DNA of 24,000 nt from NCBI GenBank assembly GCA_019058275.1, contig JAHLVW010000045.1, positions 81,664 to 105,663 of the forward strand. The letters run 5' to 3'. A program made the translations under genes and the position numbers. How positions within the stretch are numbered: position 1 is the stretch's first letter; each line of letters opens with the position of its first letter. The notes beneath the pieces were generated by a model that saw nothing but the letters and a program-made list of their open reading frames with translations, searched no databases and had not been told where the DNA came from. This DNA comes from Candidatus Heimdallarchaeota archaeon (GTDB lineage: Archaea; Asgardarchaeota; Heimdallarchaeia; JABLTI01). Of this stretch, positions 8,443 to 16,274 are shown in pieces.

Positions 8443-9663
8443 TTATTTTCTAAAAATAACAGAAGGAAATTGTTTATTTCCACATGATTGTATCATTTCA
8501 TCGAAATTTAAACCAACAAATTCCGCTGCGCGTTTTAACATTTCAATTTGACCATGACTGTAAGGAATTCCCTCTCTTTCTGAATACTCGGATGCTTTAA
8601 TTGAACGATCACCAGACCATCTTGTTTTTGGACCAAAATATTTTGATTCATAATCTTTCATTAATTCTCCTACTCGATTTTTTGCTTCTTCTTTTGTATA
8701 AAGACCATCAATAATCTGAGCTTGAAAAGCTAGTGAGACTCTTTTATACCTAGAACCCATTTCAGCTTTTTCAAGAGAACCACCTGCAATTGCTAGCTCA
8801 ATTTCAATCATCCTTAGTAGAGCATCTCCTTTATACCCAGAATGAGTCGATCCAAGTGGGAAGATACTTCCTTTCAAATATTGCTTACCATCTTTTATTC
8901 CAATGAATTCTTTGGGATCTAAAGTTGATTTATAATTCTTATCAGCTAAATATTCAGGTATTGTTAACATTTCTCCGGTTTTATATGCCTTGATACAATA
9001 ATTAGCAGCCATTTTTGTTAAAGCCATATCTACTGTAATTATTCCTTTATTATGTGGTACAGAGATAGCTATTGGATTGGTACCCATTCTTACCTCTTTT
9101 CCTGCACCTTTTGTATAGTCTAATCCTTCTGGATCATCTCCCATTGGTTTGACCAAAGCTGATGTTGTACAAGTAACAGTACCAATCAAGTCCATGCCAT
9201 TTGCTATCATTTCACTCCAAACTCCAGCAGCACCAAAATGGTTTGCTTCCTTCACAAAGACTTTTGCAATACCATATTTTCTTGCCAGTTTCTTTACTAA
9301 TTCAACAGCTATCATTGAACTAGTATGCCCTGGAGATGCATTACCGTTGATAATTGCAATTGCAGGATATTTTTGAGGTATTATTTCTGGTTTTGCATCT
9401 GGTATTACGGTTGTAAATAGTCCTGTTCTTTTTACTGCTTCTTCTAATCCTGTACCACCCGCAAGACCATGAGAGAAAATCCCTTTTTTATCAGCTTCTA
9501 TTAATACATGAGCAGTTACTTTTGCAGATTCTTCCGGATAACCGCTTTTTTTTAAAACCTCATATGCAAAATTGTAGATTTCCTCTACTTTGAAATGATT
9601 ACGTTTGTCTCTCAATTTGTGATTCACCTGTATAAGATTAACTTCTGAGTCTTTTCTAAGCAA
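8443..9663 (-). CDS. Ldh_2 family (malate / L-sulfolactate / L-lactate-type) dehydrogenase
   Basis: Family-typical motifs: GIFSHGL near the N-terminus, NHFGAAG in the centre, GYKGDAL. The start codon is uncertain (TTG at 9663; in-frame GTG and TTG follow a few codons later). Confidence 0.8.
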   Translation of the reverse strand: MLRKDSEVNLIQVNHKLRDKRNHFKVEEIYNFAYEVLKKSGYPEESAKVTAHVLIEADKKGIFSHGLAGGTGLEEAVKRTGLFTTVIPDAKPEIIPQKYPAIAIINGNASPGHTSSMIAVELVKKLARKYGIAKVFVKEANHFGAAGVWSEMIANGMDLIGTVTCTTSALVKPMGDDPEGLDYTKGAGKEVRMGTNPIAISVPHNKGIITVDMALTKMAANYCIKAYKTGEMLTIPEYLADKNYKSTLDPKEFIGIKDGKQYLKGSIFPLGSTHSGYKGDALLRMIEIELAIAGGSLEKAEMGSRYKRVSLAFQAQIIDGLYTKEEAKNRVGELMKDYESKYFGPKTRWSGDRSIKASEYSEREGIPYSHGQIEMLKRAAEFVGLNFDEMIQSCGNKQFPSVIFRK

Positions 9664-9679
9664 TCAATAATATCCTATA

Positions 9680-9741
9680 AATAAATCTAATAATTTTTTA
9701 CTTAAACAAACTTTTGGAATTTCTTTAATAAATCTAATAAT
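9680..9741 (+). promoter_or_regulatory. Perfect 15-nt direct repeat in the divergent Ldh_2/cupin intergenic region
   Basis: AATAAATCTAATAAT at 9680-9694 and again at 9727-9741. Confidence 0.35.
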
Positions 9742-9816
9742 CTATGTTCTAAAAACTACATTTTTTAAAGGAGCATTTTAAAGAGTTCAATTTTGTAATT
9801 TAAATTGATGAAATAA

Positions 9817-10170
9817 ATGATAATAAAAAAGACAGCTGAAGAACCACTTTATGAGAACCCACATGGAGTAGAAGGGAAAAATCTCTACAGTTATACAAAT
9901 GCAGTAATAATTCATCTAACAATTAAGCCAGGTGAGTCCTTAAGAAGGCATATAACTCATACAGATGTAGCATTTTATGTCCTAGAAGGTAAAGGAATAG
10001 TCTTAGTAGGGGACGAGAAAATGGAAATAGAAAAAGATACCTTGATAGAAAGTCCTGCAGATATTGTCCATTGTTGGTACAATGAGAGCAATGAAAATTT
10101 GAGAGTTTTAGTTATCAAAGCACCAAAACCAACCGAACCATCAACGTTTTTGGAAGAACGAAAACACTAA
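9817..10170 (+). CDS. Cupin-domain protein
   Basis: 117 aa with a cupin_2 pattern: RRHITHTDVAFYVLEGKG ... ESPADIVHCWYNESNENLRVLVI. Confidence 0.75.
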   Translation: MIIKKTAEEPLYENPHGVEGKNLYSYTNAVIIHLTIKPGESLRRHITHTDVAFYVLEGKGIVLVGDEKMEIEKDTLIESPADIVHCWYNESNENLRVLVIKAPKPTEPSTFLEERKH

Positions 10171-10184
10171 AACAAACCTTCATG

Positions 10185-10200
10185 TAACGAAAGATTCAAA
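10185..10200 (+). repeat. 16-nt direct repeat, copy 1 (TAACGAAAGATTCAAA), upstream of the methyltransferase
   Basis: Exact match to 11050-11065. The two copies bracket the methyltransferase gene. Confidence 0.6.
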
Positions 10201-10253
10201 GAAATTAGCTCACTTTGTAATAATAGTGAACATACTTGTCAAGAAATAAATTT

Positions 10254-10829
10254 ATGTCCAATACAGAATATGATAAAAGCTTCACCCATTTTTGGGGCAT
10301 TAGGAGAAAAATAGCCCAATCACTTATTCCCCATGGTTTAAAGTCAGGTTTAAAGATCCTTGATGTTTTAGCAGGTCATGGATTTTATTCATATGAAATA
10401 ACCAAGATTATTAAAAAAGGGAAAATAATATCAATAGGTTTGCAAAATGATGTAGAAAGCTTTCAAAGATTCAAGTTGTCAATGAAAAAGAGAAAGCAAC
10501 AAAAATCGTTAGGATTAATAGATTATAGATTGATGGATATCACAAAGATTGATTTTCCTGAAAATACTTTTGATTTTGTTATTAATTTTCTAGGCCTAGA
10601 AGATGTAAATATGACTAAAGGAACTAAGGGAGTAAAAGACGCATTAAAGGAATGTTGTCGAGTGTTGAAACCAACAGGAACATTACAATTGACATTATGT
10701 TTAGAGGGAGATGAACCAGATCAGATCATTGCAAAAGAAATAACAGAAGCAATAGGACATCAAGCAATTTTCCATCCGAAAGAATTCTATATTGATGAAT
10801 TAAAGAGAAACAATAATAGAGGTAATTAA
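10254..10829 (+). CDS. Class I SAM-dependent methyltransferase (5' part; the 3' end appears disrupted)
   Basis: Motif I ILDVLAGHG. Post-I and motif III-like segments FDFVINFLGLEDV and LKPTGTLQL. The ATG at 10254 is preferred over the TTG at 10236. The frame ends at TAA 10827-10829, before a normal C-terminus. Confidence 0.8.
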   Translation: MSNTEYDKSFTHFWGIRRKIAQSLIPHGLKSGLKILDVLAGHGFYSYEITKIIKKGKIISIGLQNDVESFQRFKLSMKKRKQQKSLGLIDYRLMDITKIDFPENTFDFVINFLGLEDVNMTKGTKGVKDALKECCRVLKPTGTLQLTLCLEGDEPDQIIAKEITEAIGHQAIFHPKEFYIDELKRNNNRGN

Positions 10830-11040
10830 TGAAAAATGGTTCTACACAAAAAGGAAAATGACTTATGACCAAGCAAAAGAGGAATAGTCTTTTGCTTGTA
10901 ATGAAACACCAAAATATTTCAAAAACTTTGAGATCAAAACCATTCCTTTTGAGAAATTGTGGAACAAATATAGTAAAAGGATAAAGAAGTATGGTATGGC
11001 CTTTTATTCGCAATTGTTAGTATTAATAGGTAAAAAGTAA
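10804..11040 (+). pseudogene. Displaced 3' portion of the methyltransferase gene (frame 1, with in-frame TAG at 10885-10887)
   Basis: Frame 1 reads RETIIEVINEKWFYTKRKMTYDQAKEE-TAG-SFACNETPKYFKNFEIKTIPFEKLWNKYSKRIKKYGMAFYSQLLVLIGKK-TAA. That is 78 codons with one internal stop and no plausible start of its own. Confidence 0.5.
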
Positions 11041-11049
11041 ACTCTCAAC

Positions 11050-11065
11050 TAACGAAAGATTCAAA
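11050..11065 (+). repeat. 16-nt direct repeat, copy 2 (TAACGAAAGATTCAAA), downstream of the methyltransferase remnant
   Basis: Exact match to 10185-10200. Lies 10 nt after the TAA at 11038-11040 and 45 nt before tRNA-Pro. Confidence 0.6.
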
Positions 11066-11109
11066 AATCCGAAAAGAACAAAAAAGACTACCAAACGAGC
11101 GAAATAAAC

Positions 11110-11186
11110 GGCCGGGTAGTCTAGCACGGTATGATACTTGCTTTGGGAGTAAGTGGTCGCGGATTCAAATTCCGCCCCGGCCACCA
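11110..11186 (+). tRNA. tRNA-Pro, anticodon UGG, with encoded CCA
   Basis: Acceptor GGCCGGG/CCCGGCC, anticodon stem CTTGC/GTAAG with loop TT-TGG-GA, T arm GCGGA-TTCAAAT-TCCGC, discriminator A, CCA at 11184-11186. Confidence 0.9.
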
Positions 11187-11190
11187 TTAC

Positions 11191-11202
11191 TTTTGTTTTT
11201 TT
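11191..11202 (+). terminator. Oligo-T tract after tRNA-Pro
   Basis: TTTTGTTTTTTT lies immediately downstream of the tRNA 3' end. This is the archaeal-style oligo-T termination signal. Confidence 0.45.
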
Positions 11203-11261
11203 CTTATTCTTTTGTCATTTTAGTTATTATATCCTTAGTAATTATTTTTCCCTTCATTCAT

Positions 11262-11882
11262 TCATCTTTTCATTTTTATTGGATCATTTCTCTCTTCATC
11301 ATCTATTATTATAAACACTCCAACATTTCTTTTGATATATTCCTCTGTCCATTCTTTCTTAATCCTCCATCCCCCTGTTGCAAACACACCATTATCCATA
11401 TCGTAGAATGGTACATGTGTGTGGCTGATGATTAGTTTGTCTGTTGTCAATATCATTGGCAAGAAGTCAGAGCCTTTGTTTACTAATCGATTTTTTAGTG
11501 CATTTGCTGCTTGCCCCCATGTTTCATCTGCTCTTTTCACTAAACCGATATTATGTCCATGACAAACAATAATTCGCCCTTCCTTTGTGTTTAATATTGC
11601 CCATGGTAATACTTGAATGGTTGGGCAATCGAATAATATATTTCCTTCATGCCCCATCCCACCTGTTATGAAAATTATTTTTTCTTTCCATTTTTTATTG
11701 TCTATCCATTTTAAGAATCTCTTTAGCGCATTTTTTCCTTTTTCATCATAAGCATCTATAAAGTCGCCATTTAATATTATGAGATCTACTTTACTTGCAA
11801 CACTTTCTATTGCTTCTTTAAACTCCTCCTCTAAGCAACCATCTGCTCCTAAATGCGTATCACTAAATATCCCTGTCATCAT
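11262..11882 (-). CDS. Calcineurin-like metallophosphoesterase (MPE; candidate nuclease/phosphodiesterase)
   Basis: All five MPE motifs appear in order: SDTHLG (DxH), NGDFID (GDxxD), GGMGHEG (GNHE-like variant), VCHGHN (GH), ISHTHVP (GHxH-like). The start overlaps the helicase stop by 17-20 nt. AAGGAAAG SD. Confidence 0.82.
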   Translation of the reverse strand: MMTGIFSDTHLGADGCLEEEFKEAIESVASKVDLIILNGDFIDAYDEKGKNALKRFLKWIDNKKWKEKIIFITGGMGHEGNILFDCPTIQVLPWAILNTKEGRIIVCHGHNIGLVKRADETWGQAANALKNRLVNKGSDFLPMILTTDKLIISHTHVPFYDMDNGVFATGGWRIKKEWTEEYIKRNVGVFIIIDDEERNDPIKMKR

Positions 11883-14220
11883 CTTTCCTTATCATCTCCT
11901 CAAGCATTTTTCTTGTGCTGTCTTTTACTTTTTCTGAAGTATTACTCGTTATTTGACTTATTTCCTCATCTGCACTCTCTTGCAATAAGTCATGCATTGC
12001 TCTTAACACTCGCTTTATTCTTGTAAAAACCGCTTCAGCATTTCCTAACTCCCCTCCTCGATCATAAAGGGCAATCTTGTTTTCATAATAATTTGTGTAT
12101 GTACGAAATGATGACTCTGAGATATGAAGCTCTAATTCAATGCTTTTCATCAGCAATTCCTTTAACAATCTTATTGCTTGTTTCTTTTGTTCTTTTGAAA
12201 GAGCGTTTGTAAGACTTGCTACCTCAATAAGCATTCCACTTGTTTTTTCATCCCAAATGTGATTTTGTAGTTCATTTTCTCTTTTTTCCCTATTAATTAC
12301 TAATGGCGTTTCATTTTGAGTTGGACTCGTTGATTGGCTCTCAAGTAACTTCCCATCTTTTGAGTATCTCATTATTTCACTTGTTTCCCAACGAATGATC
12401 ATCTCACCAAATCGTATTGTTAGCTTCTCAAGTTCCTGCACTCTTGATTGCCCGTCAATGATAAAAAGAGGTGGTTTCATCCTGTTTCGTTCAACTGCTG
12501 TTTTGTTTATGTTAAGTTTATCAACAATTACTTTTTCGTTAGCTAACCTTTTTACTCTGTAAACTTTACCTTTACTTCCTAGATGTAATAGGTTCCCTGG
12601 TAGGGCTGAAAAGATTATGCGGCGCTCATCTATCGAAGCAATTTTCTCACTCTGATTTTCGTTAGTATTGTCTATTATCTCCCATCGTGGTTCTATCGAG
12701 CGGATTCGATGTTTCCTGATAAAAGCATTGACCCCATTTCTATTGGCAATAATCAAAGTCCTTTCAATAAAGGGCAAGTGATTGTTTTCAGTTGAAAGTA
12801 AACCTTTTGCAAACAATAATGCTATAGCTGTTCGTGTAATACTAGAATCTAATTCCTCTTTGCAAAAAGATAAAATATCATCAATCTTAGTTATGCCCAA
12901 AACCACCCTCAAGAGTACGAATGCTTGTGTTCTTTGCAGAGCTTTTGAGTCAAAGAGTATTCGTTCTGTTTTATTTTCTGTTAGAATCTCTTCTATTTTT
13001 TTGGGGTGATTCAAATAACAATTATCAATTGCTTTTTCATTATTGAATACTAATGAAAAATTCTTTTTCTTAGAAATATCTGAAAACCTTAATCTTCCCA
13101 ATCGTTGTAATAGACCATTTACTCCTGTAATTGGCCATGAAATATTTACTATATGAACGATATTTGGTATATCCATACCCAGCTCTAGTAATGATGTCGT
13201 AAAAACAAACCTTATTGTGCCATTATAAATTCCCTTCAGAATGTCTGTTTTTTCTTGACCAGTTAATTGACTATTAATACAAGCAAATGGCGAATGCCTT
13301 TGTAGGATTTCATCAGGTATGTTTGTTTTTTTCTTAAATAGCTCATTACATTTTGCTACCAACTCACCTACCTTTTGGATATCATCAACAAAGATCACGC
13401 AAGCCCCTTTTACTCTTCGCAAGTAAGGGTCTAACTTCTCTAATAGCAAATCTTCAATTGATTCTGGTTGAAGAATCATTACTCGAATAGTTCCTCTTGT
13501 TGCATTTCCGGTTATTATTTGAGCAGTTGGAAGGAATTTATCACGAAAGGTTTCTACTTCTTTTACTGTTGCAGAAGCTAGAACTACTCTTACTCTTGAA
13601 TTTATCTTTTTCAAGATCGCAATCATTTCTCTAATATGTGCTAGGTACCCTCCTGAACCTGCATGTATCTCATCAACAACAAAGACCCCAACATTAAGGA
13701 GCCAACTAAGAAAATCCTCATTGCCTTCTTTAAAAAAGCGATAGAACAATTTGTCTATGGTTGCTAGGAGGATTTTAGGTTTCTTCTTCTCTATTACTTC
13801 AATTTCTTTTCGAGTTAAATCTCCATTATATCTGCTATATGTTATCTTTTTTCCAGTTACTTCAAAGATCTTATTGCAATATTTTGCAATACGTTGTTCT
13901 TGATCCTCAGCAAGCTGTTTTGTTGGGTAGATTATAACAGCACAGTCTATTCTATTATTAGCAATGTCCTCAAAAATTGGAAATAAAAATGATTCAGATT
14001 TTCCTGAACCTGTTCCAACTGCGAGAAAACAATCATTTCTTTTGAGAATTGTGCTAATCGCTTCTAATTGATATTTATAGAGTTTATATGGCAATAATTC
14101 TTGGACACTTTTACCAATTATTTTCAAACCAACATCATCATCACCTACATAATAATCAGACACCTCACAATTTGATGGTGGTAGATCAAACACTGATTTC
14201 ACAGGAATTCCTTTTGACAT
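11863..14220 (-). CDS. SF2 DExH-box helicase with winged-helix and cysteine-less DUF1998-like C-terminal region (YprA/MrfA/Hrq1/DrmA-B-like)
   Basis: Motif I VGTGSGKS, Ia YPTKQLAEDQ, II VVDEIH, III ASAT, V TTSLLELGMDIP, VI QRLGRLRF. C-terminal IALYDRGGELGNAE resembles the LYD..PGG.G signature of DUF1998. The ATG at 14220 is chosen (GGAGGGATAAAG-ATG) rather than the upstream extension to 14262. Confidence 0.85.
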   Translation of the reverse strand: MSKGIPVKSVFDLPPSNCEVSDYYVGDDDVGLKIIGKSVQELLPYKLYKYQLEAISTILKRNDCFLAVGTGSGKSESFLFPIFEDIANNRIDCAVIIYPTKQLAEDQEQRIAKYCNKIFEVTGKKITYSRYNGDLTRKEIEVIEKKKPKILLATIDKLFYRFFKEGNEDFLSWLLNVGVFVVDEIHAGSGGYLAHIREMIAILKKINSRVRVVLASATVKEVETFRDKFLPTAQIITGNATRGTIRVMILQPESIEDLLLEKLDPYLRRVKGACVIFVDDIQKVGELVAKCNELFKKKTNIPDEILQRHSPFACINSQLTGQEKTDILKGIYNGTIRFVFTTSLLELGMDIPNIVHIVNISWPITGVNGLLQRLGRLRFSDISKKKNFSLVFNNEKAIDNCYLNHPKKIEEILTENKTERILFDSKALQRTQAFVLLRVVLGITKIDDILSFCKEELDSSITRTAIALLFAKGLLSTENNHLPFIERTLIIANRNGVNAFIRKHRIRSIEPRWEIIDNTNENQSEKIASIDERRIIFSALPGNLLHLGSKGKVYRVKRLANEKVIVDKLNINKTAVERNRMKPPLFIIDGQSRVQELEKLTIRFGEMIIRWETSEIMRYSKDGKLLESQSTSPTQNETPLVINREKRENELQNHIWDEKTSGMLIEVASLTNALSKEQKKQAIRLLKELLMKSIELELHISESSFRTYTNYYENKIALYDRGGELGNAEAVFTRIKRVLRAMHDLLQESADEEISQITSNTSEKVKDSTRKMLEEMIRKDDDRDI

Positions 14221-14222
14221 CT

Positions 14223-14774
14223 TTATCCCTCCACCAATCTTGCGCTGATAATGAACTCCCAAATTAACTCAACTTTATTTTTCAGAAATTTTTTGAATCC
14301 ATCATCGAAACCTTCCGGTGAGTATGCTTCAACTATTTCATCAACAGCTAAATCAATCATATCAATTTGATTATCTTCTTCTATAAATTCCACTTGACTA
14401 AGCATTTCTTTGATTCCCTGTTGAAGGAGTTCTTCCTGCTTCCTCATAGCAAAATTTCTTTCTTGCCTTTCTGCTATTTCATCAAGTCTTTGATATTCAA
14501 TTAACATTTCAGGTGGTAACTCTTTTCCAGTGGTCAAGCATAGATATAGCTTATTTAATTGAACCAATTTATCTTCCTTGAGCCAATATCTGTAAAGATT
14601 TCTACTTCCAACACGCTTGATCAAGCCATCTTGTTGTAATACCTCGAGAGTAAGATAGGTCTCACTGAGTGGTAAATTTACTTCAATAGAAATCTCTTTG
14701 GCACTCTTAGGATAATTGATACCATGTTTATTGTATTCCTCAAGCAAAAAGAGCATTACTCCAAGTTTATCCAT
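14223..14774 (-). CDS. wHTH DNA-binding protein with acidic/coiled C-terminal half
   Basis: wHTH-like N-terminus: YPKSAKEISIEVNLPLSETYLTLEVLQQDGLIKRVGSRNLYRYWL. The stop TAA at 14223-14225 lies 2 nt before the helicase ATG. An alternative ATG at 14756 shares one base with the upstream stop (TAATG). Confidence 0.7.
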   Translation of the reverse strand: MDKLGVMLFLLEEYNKHGINYPKSAKEISIEVNLPLSETYLTLEVLQQDGLIKRVGSRNLYRYWLKEDKLVQLNKLYLCLTTGKELPPEMLIEYQRLDEIAERQERNFAMRKQEELLQQGIKEMLSQVEFIEEDNQIDMIDLAVDEIVEAYSPEGFDDGFKKFLKNKVELIWEFIISARLVEG

Positions 14775-16252
14775 GATACAGGCAACTCCAACATTGTTTC
14801 ACGAAATTCATTAGTAATTGGTGATAATTGGCCAATTGTTCTACCATGCTTTTGATGATGTTTTTCTTCTCTATCAGGAAAGAGGAAAGCTAACTTTTCA
14901 AAATTAGTAATTTCATGATTCACTCTTTGTTCTATGTTTTTTGATCTCATCCAAACTAATGGTTGAAAATCTAATTTTTGTGTCTCCTCTTGGCAGATTT
15001 GGAAAATATTATCATTCAAATTCTCCCTAATCCCAGTTGGCAAACATTCCCACTCTAATACTAATCGCCACAATTTAACTGCTAAATTATCCCCGAAAAT
15101 TGAGTTTTTTATGGATAGGTGCTCCTCCTCTAACCTATTGCCTACATTTGTCAAGAGAAGATCAAATCTGTCGATTTCTTCCCTACAAGCATCTCTAAAA
15201 GAAGAATACTGTTTTCCTCGATAATAACAAGGGTTTTCGAAGAGTTCTTCCTTCTTTTCAAAAAGGATTTCGTATCCGTATCGTGTTACAGCGTAAGTTC
15301 TCCCCCCTTTGAACGCTGTTAACCGCTTAATTTCATCATGAGTAATTTCTTCAGCTAAGATGGCATCAACTAGCATGTAGTGACCTGCTTTCTTCAGTGA
15401 ATCACCAAAATCTAATGGTAACCCCATCCAAGAGAGATCAGAATAATAACTAAAGTGAGAGAAACCACCAACACCTAAATAGTTAATGCCTTTCTCTTCC
15501 AGAAGAGTCCATATTTCTTCTTCACAGAATTGATATTCTGTATTAAACAATACATCAGTAGGTGTTTGAGCCATACTGTTGAAGTTTCCAATCATGCGCT
15601 TGTGTCTGTAGAGACGGTCAGAAACTCTATGGCTTATTCCAAAATCATGTGGAGCTATTAGTTCATTCGTGAACTTCCAGAGAACCTCAGCAGCAAAACC
15701 TTCTGCAGAATTGCATAACTTGTTTGTATGACTATGATAACCAAAGAGATAAGCGTCACCGATTTTATCAATATGTTTCTTTAATGCTCTCTGATCAGGT
15801 AACATTTCTTGCAAAGTAAAAATAAGACTAAGATCACTCTTCATAGCTGTTTTCATGTAAAGATTATTGAAACCATTTCCTAATCTTATGGCATCAACAT
15901 AGCCTGCTCTCTTTGGTTCAATTCGTTCAACATTAAACCAACCGCAGAGGTTTGTTTTCCGCTCGTAATAGCAACCATGATCAAGTAATCGTTGCTTAAT
16001 CTCATCATCTATACCAGCATAATCAAAGATGTACTTGATATCTTGTAGCTTATATCTTACATCTCCAATATACAAATCATCATTGATTATTCGCACATCA
16101 TATCCTTGATAAATTGGAATTCCTAGTTTTGTTTTTACTTGCTTAATTTCATCTGCTTCCAAACCAGTTAATTTGTATATTTGATCATATAGTATATTGT
16201 TGCTATCTTTCACACATCGTATATACTGTTTTGTTTTATTTCTATTAGTCAT
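14756..16252 (-). CDS. Hypothetical protein (498 aa), no family recognised; His-rich motifs
   Basis: ATG at 16252 (MTNRNKTKQY), preceded by a purine-rich GAGAGATAAAA, 22 nt after the upstream stop. Contains GYHSHTNK, APHDFGISHR and GVGGFSHFSYY. The upstream extension to 16366 overlaps the preceding gene and is rejected. Confidence 0.7.
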   Translation of the reverse strand: MTNRNKTKQYIRCVKDSNNILYDQIYKLTGLEADEIKQVKTKLGIPIYQGYDVRIINDDLYIGDVRYKLQDIKYIFDYAGIDDEIKQRLLDHGCYYERKTNLCGWFNVERIEPKRAGYVDAIRLGNGFNNLYMKTAMKSDLSLIFTLQEMLPDQRALKKHIDKIGDAYLFGYHSHTNKLCNSAEGFAAEVLWKFTNELIAPHDFGISHRVSDRLYRHKRMIGNFNSMAQTPTDVLFNTEYQFCEEEIWTLLEEKGINYLGVGGFSHFSYYSDLSWMGLPLDFGDSLKKAGHYMLVDAILAEEITHDEIKRLTAFKGGRTYAVTRYGYEILFEKKEELFENPCYYRGKQYSSFRDACREEIDRFDLLLTNVGNRLEEEHLSIKNSIFGDNLAVKLWRLVLEWECLPTGIRENLNDNIFQICQEETQKLDFQPLVWMRSKNIEQRVNHEITNFEKLAFLFPDREEKHHQKHGRTIGQLSPITNEFRETMLELPVSWINLE

Positions 16253-16274
16253 TTTTATCTCTCTTTTTTTCCAA

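Noticed and set aside
10885-10887. Reading the in-frame TAG in the methyltransferase remnant as pyrrolysine, or the TAA at 3850-3852 as a reassigned codon
   Set aside because: TAG and TAA serve as ordinary terminators elsewhere in the window (for example TAG ends the 719-aa gene at 23597-23599, and TAA ends the AKR and several operon genes). The methyltransferase also needs a frameshift, which points to decay or error rather than recoding. No pyl genes are visible.
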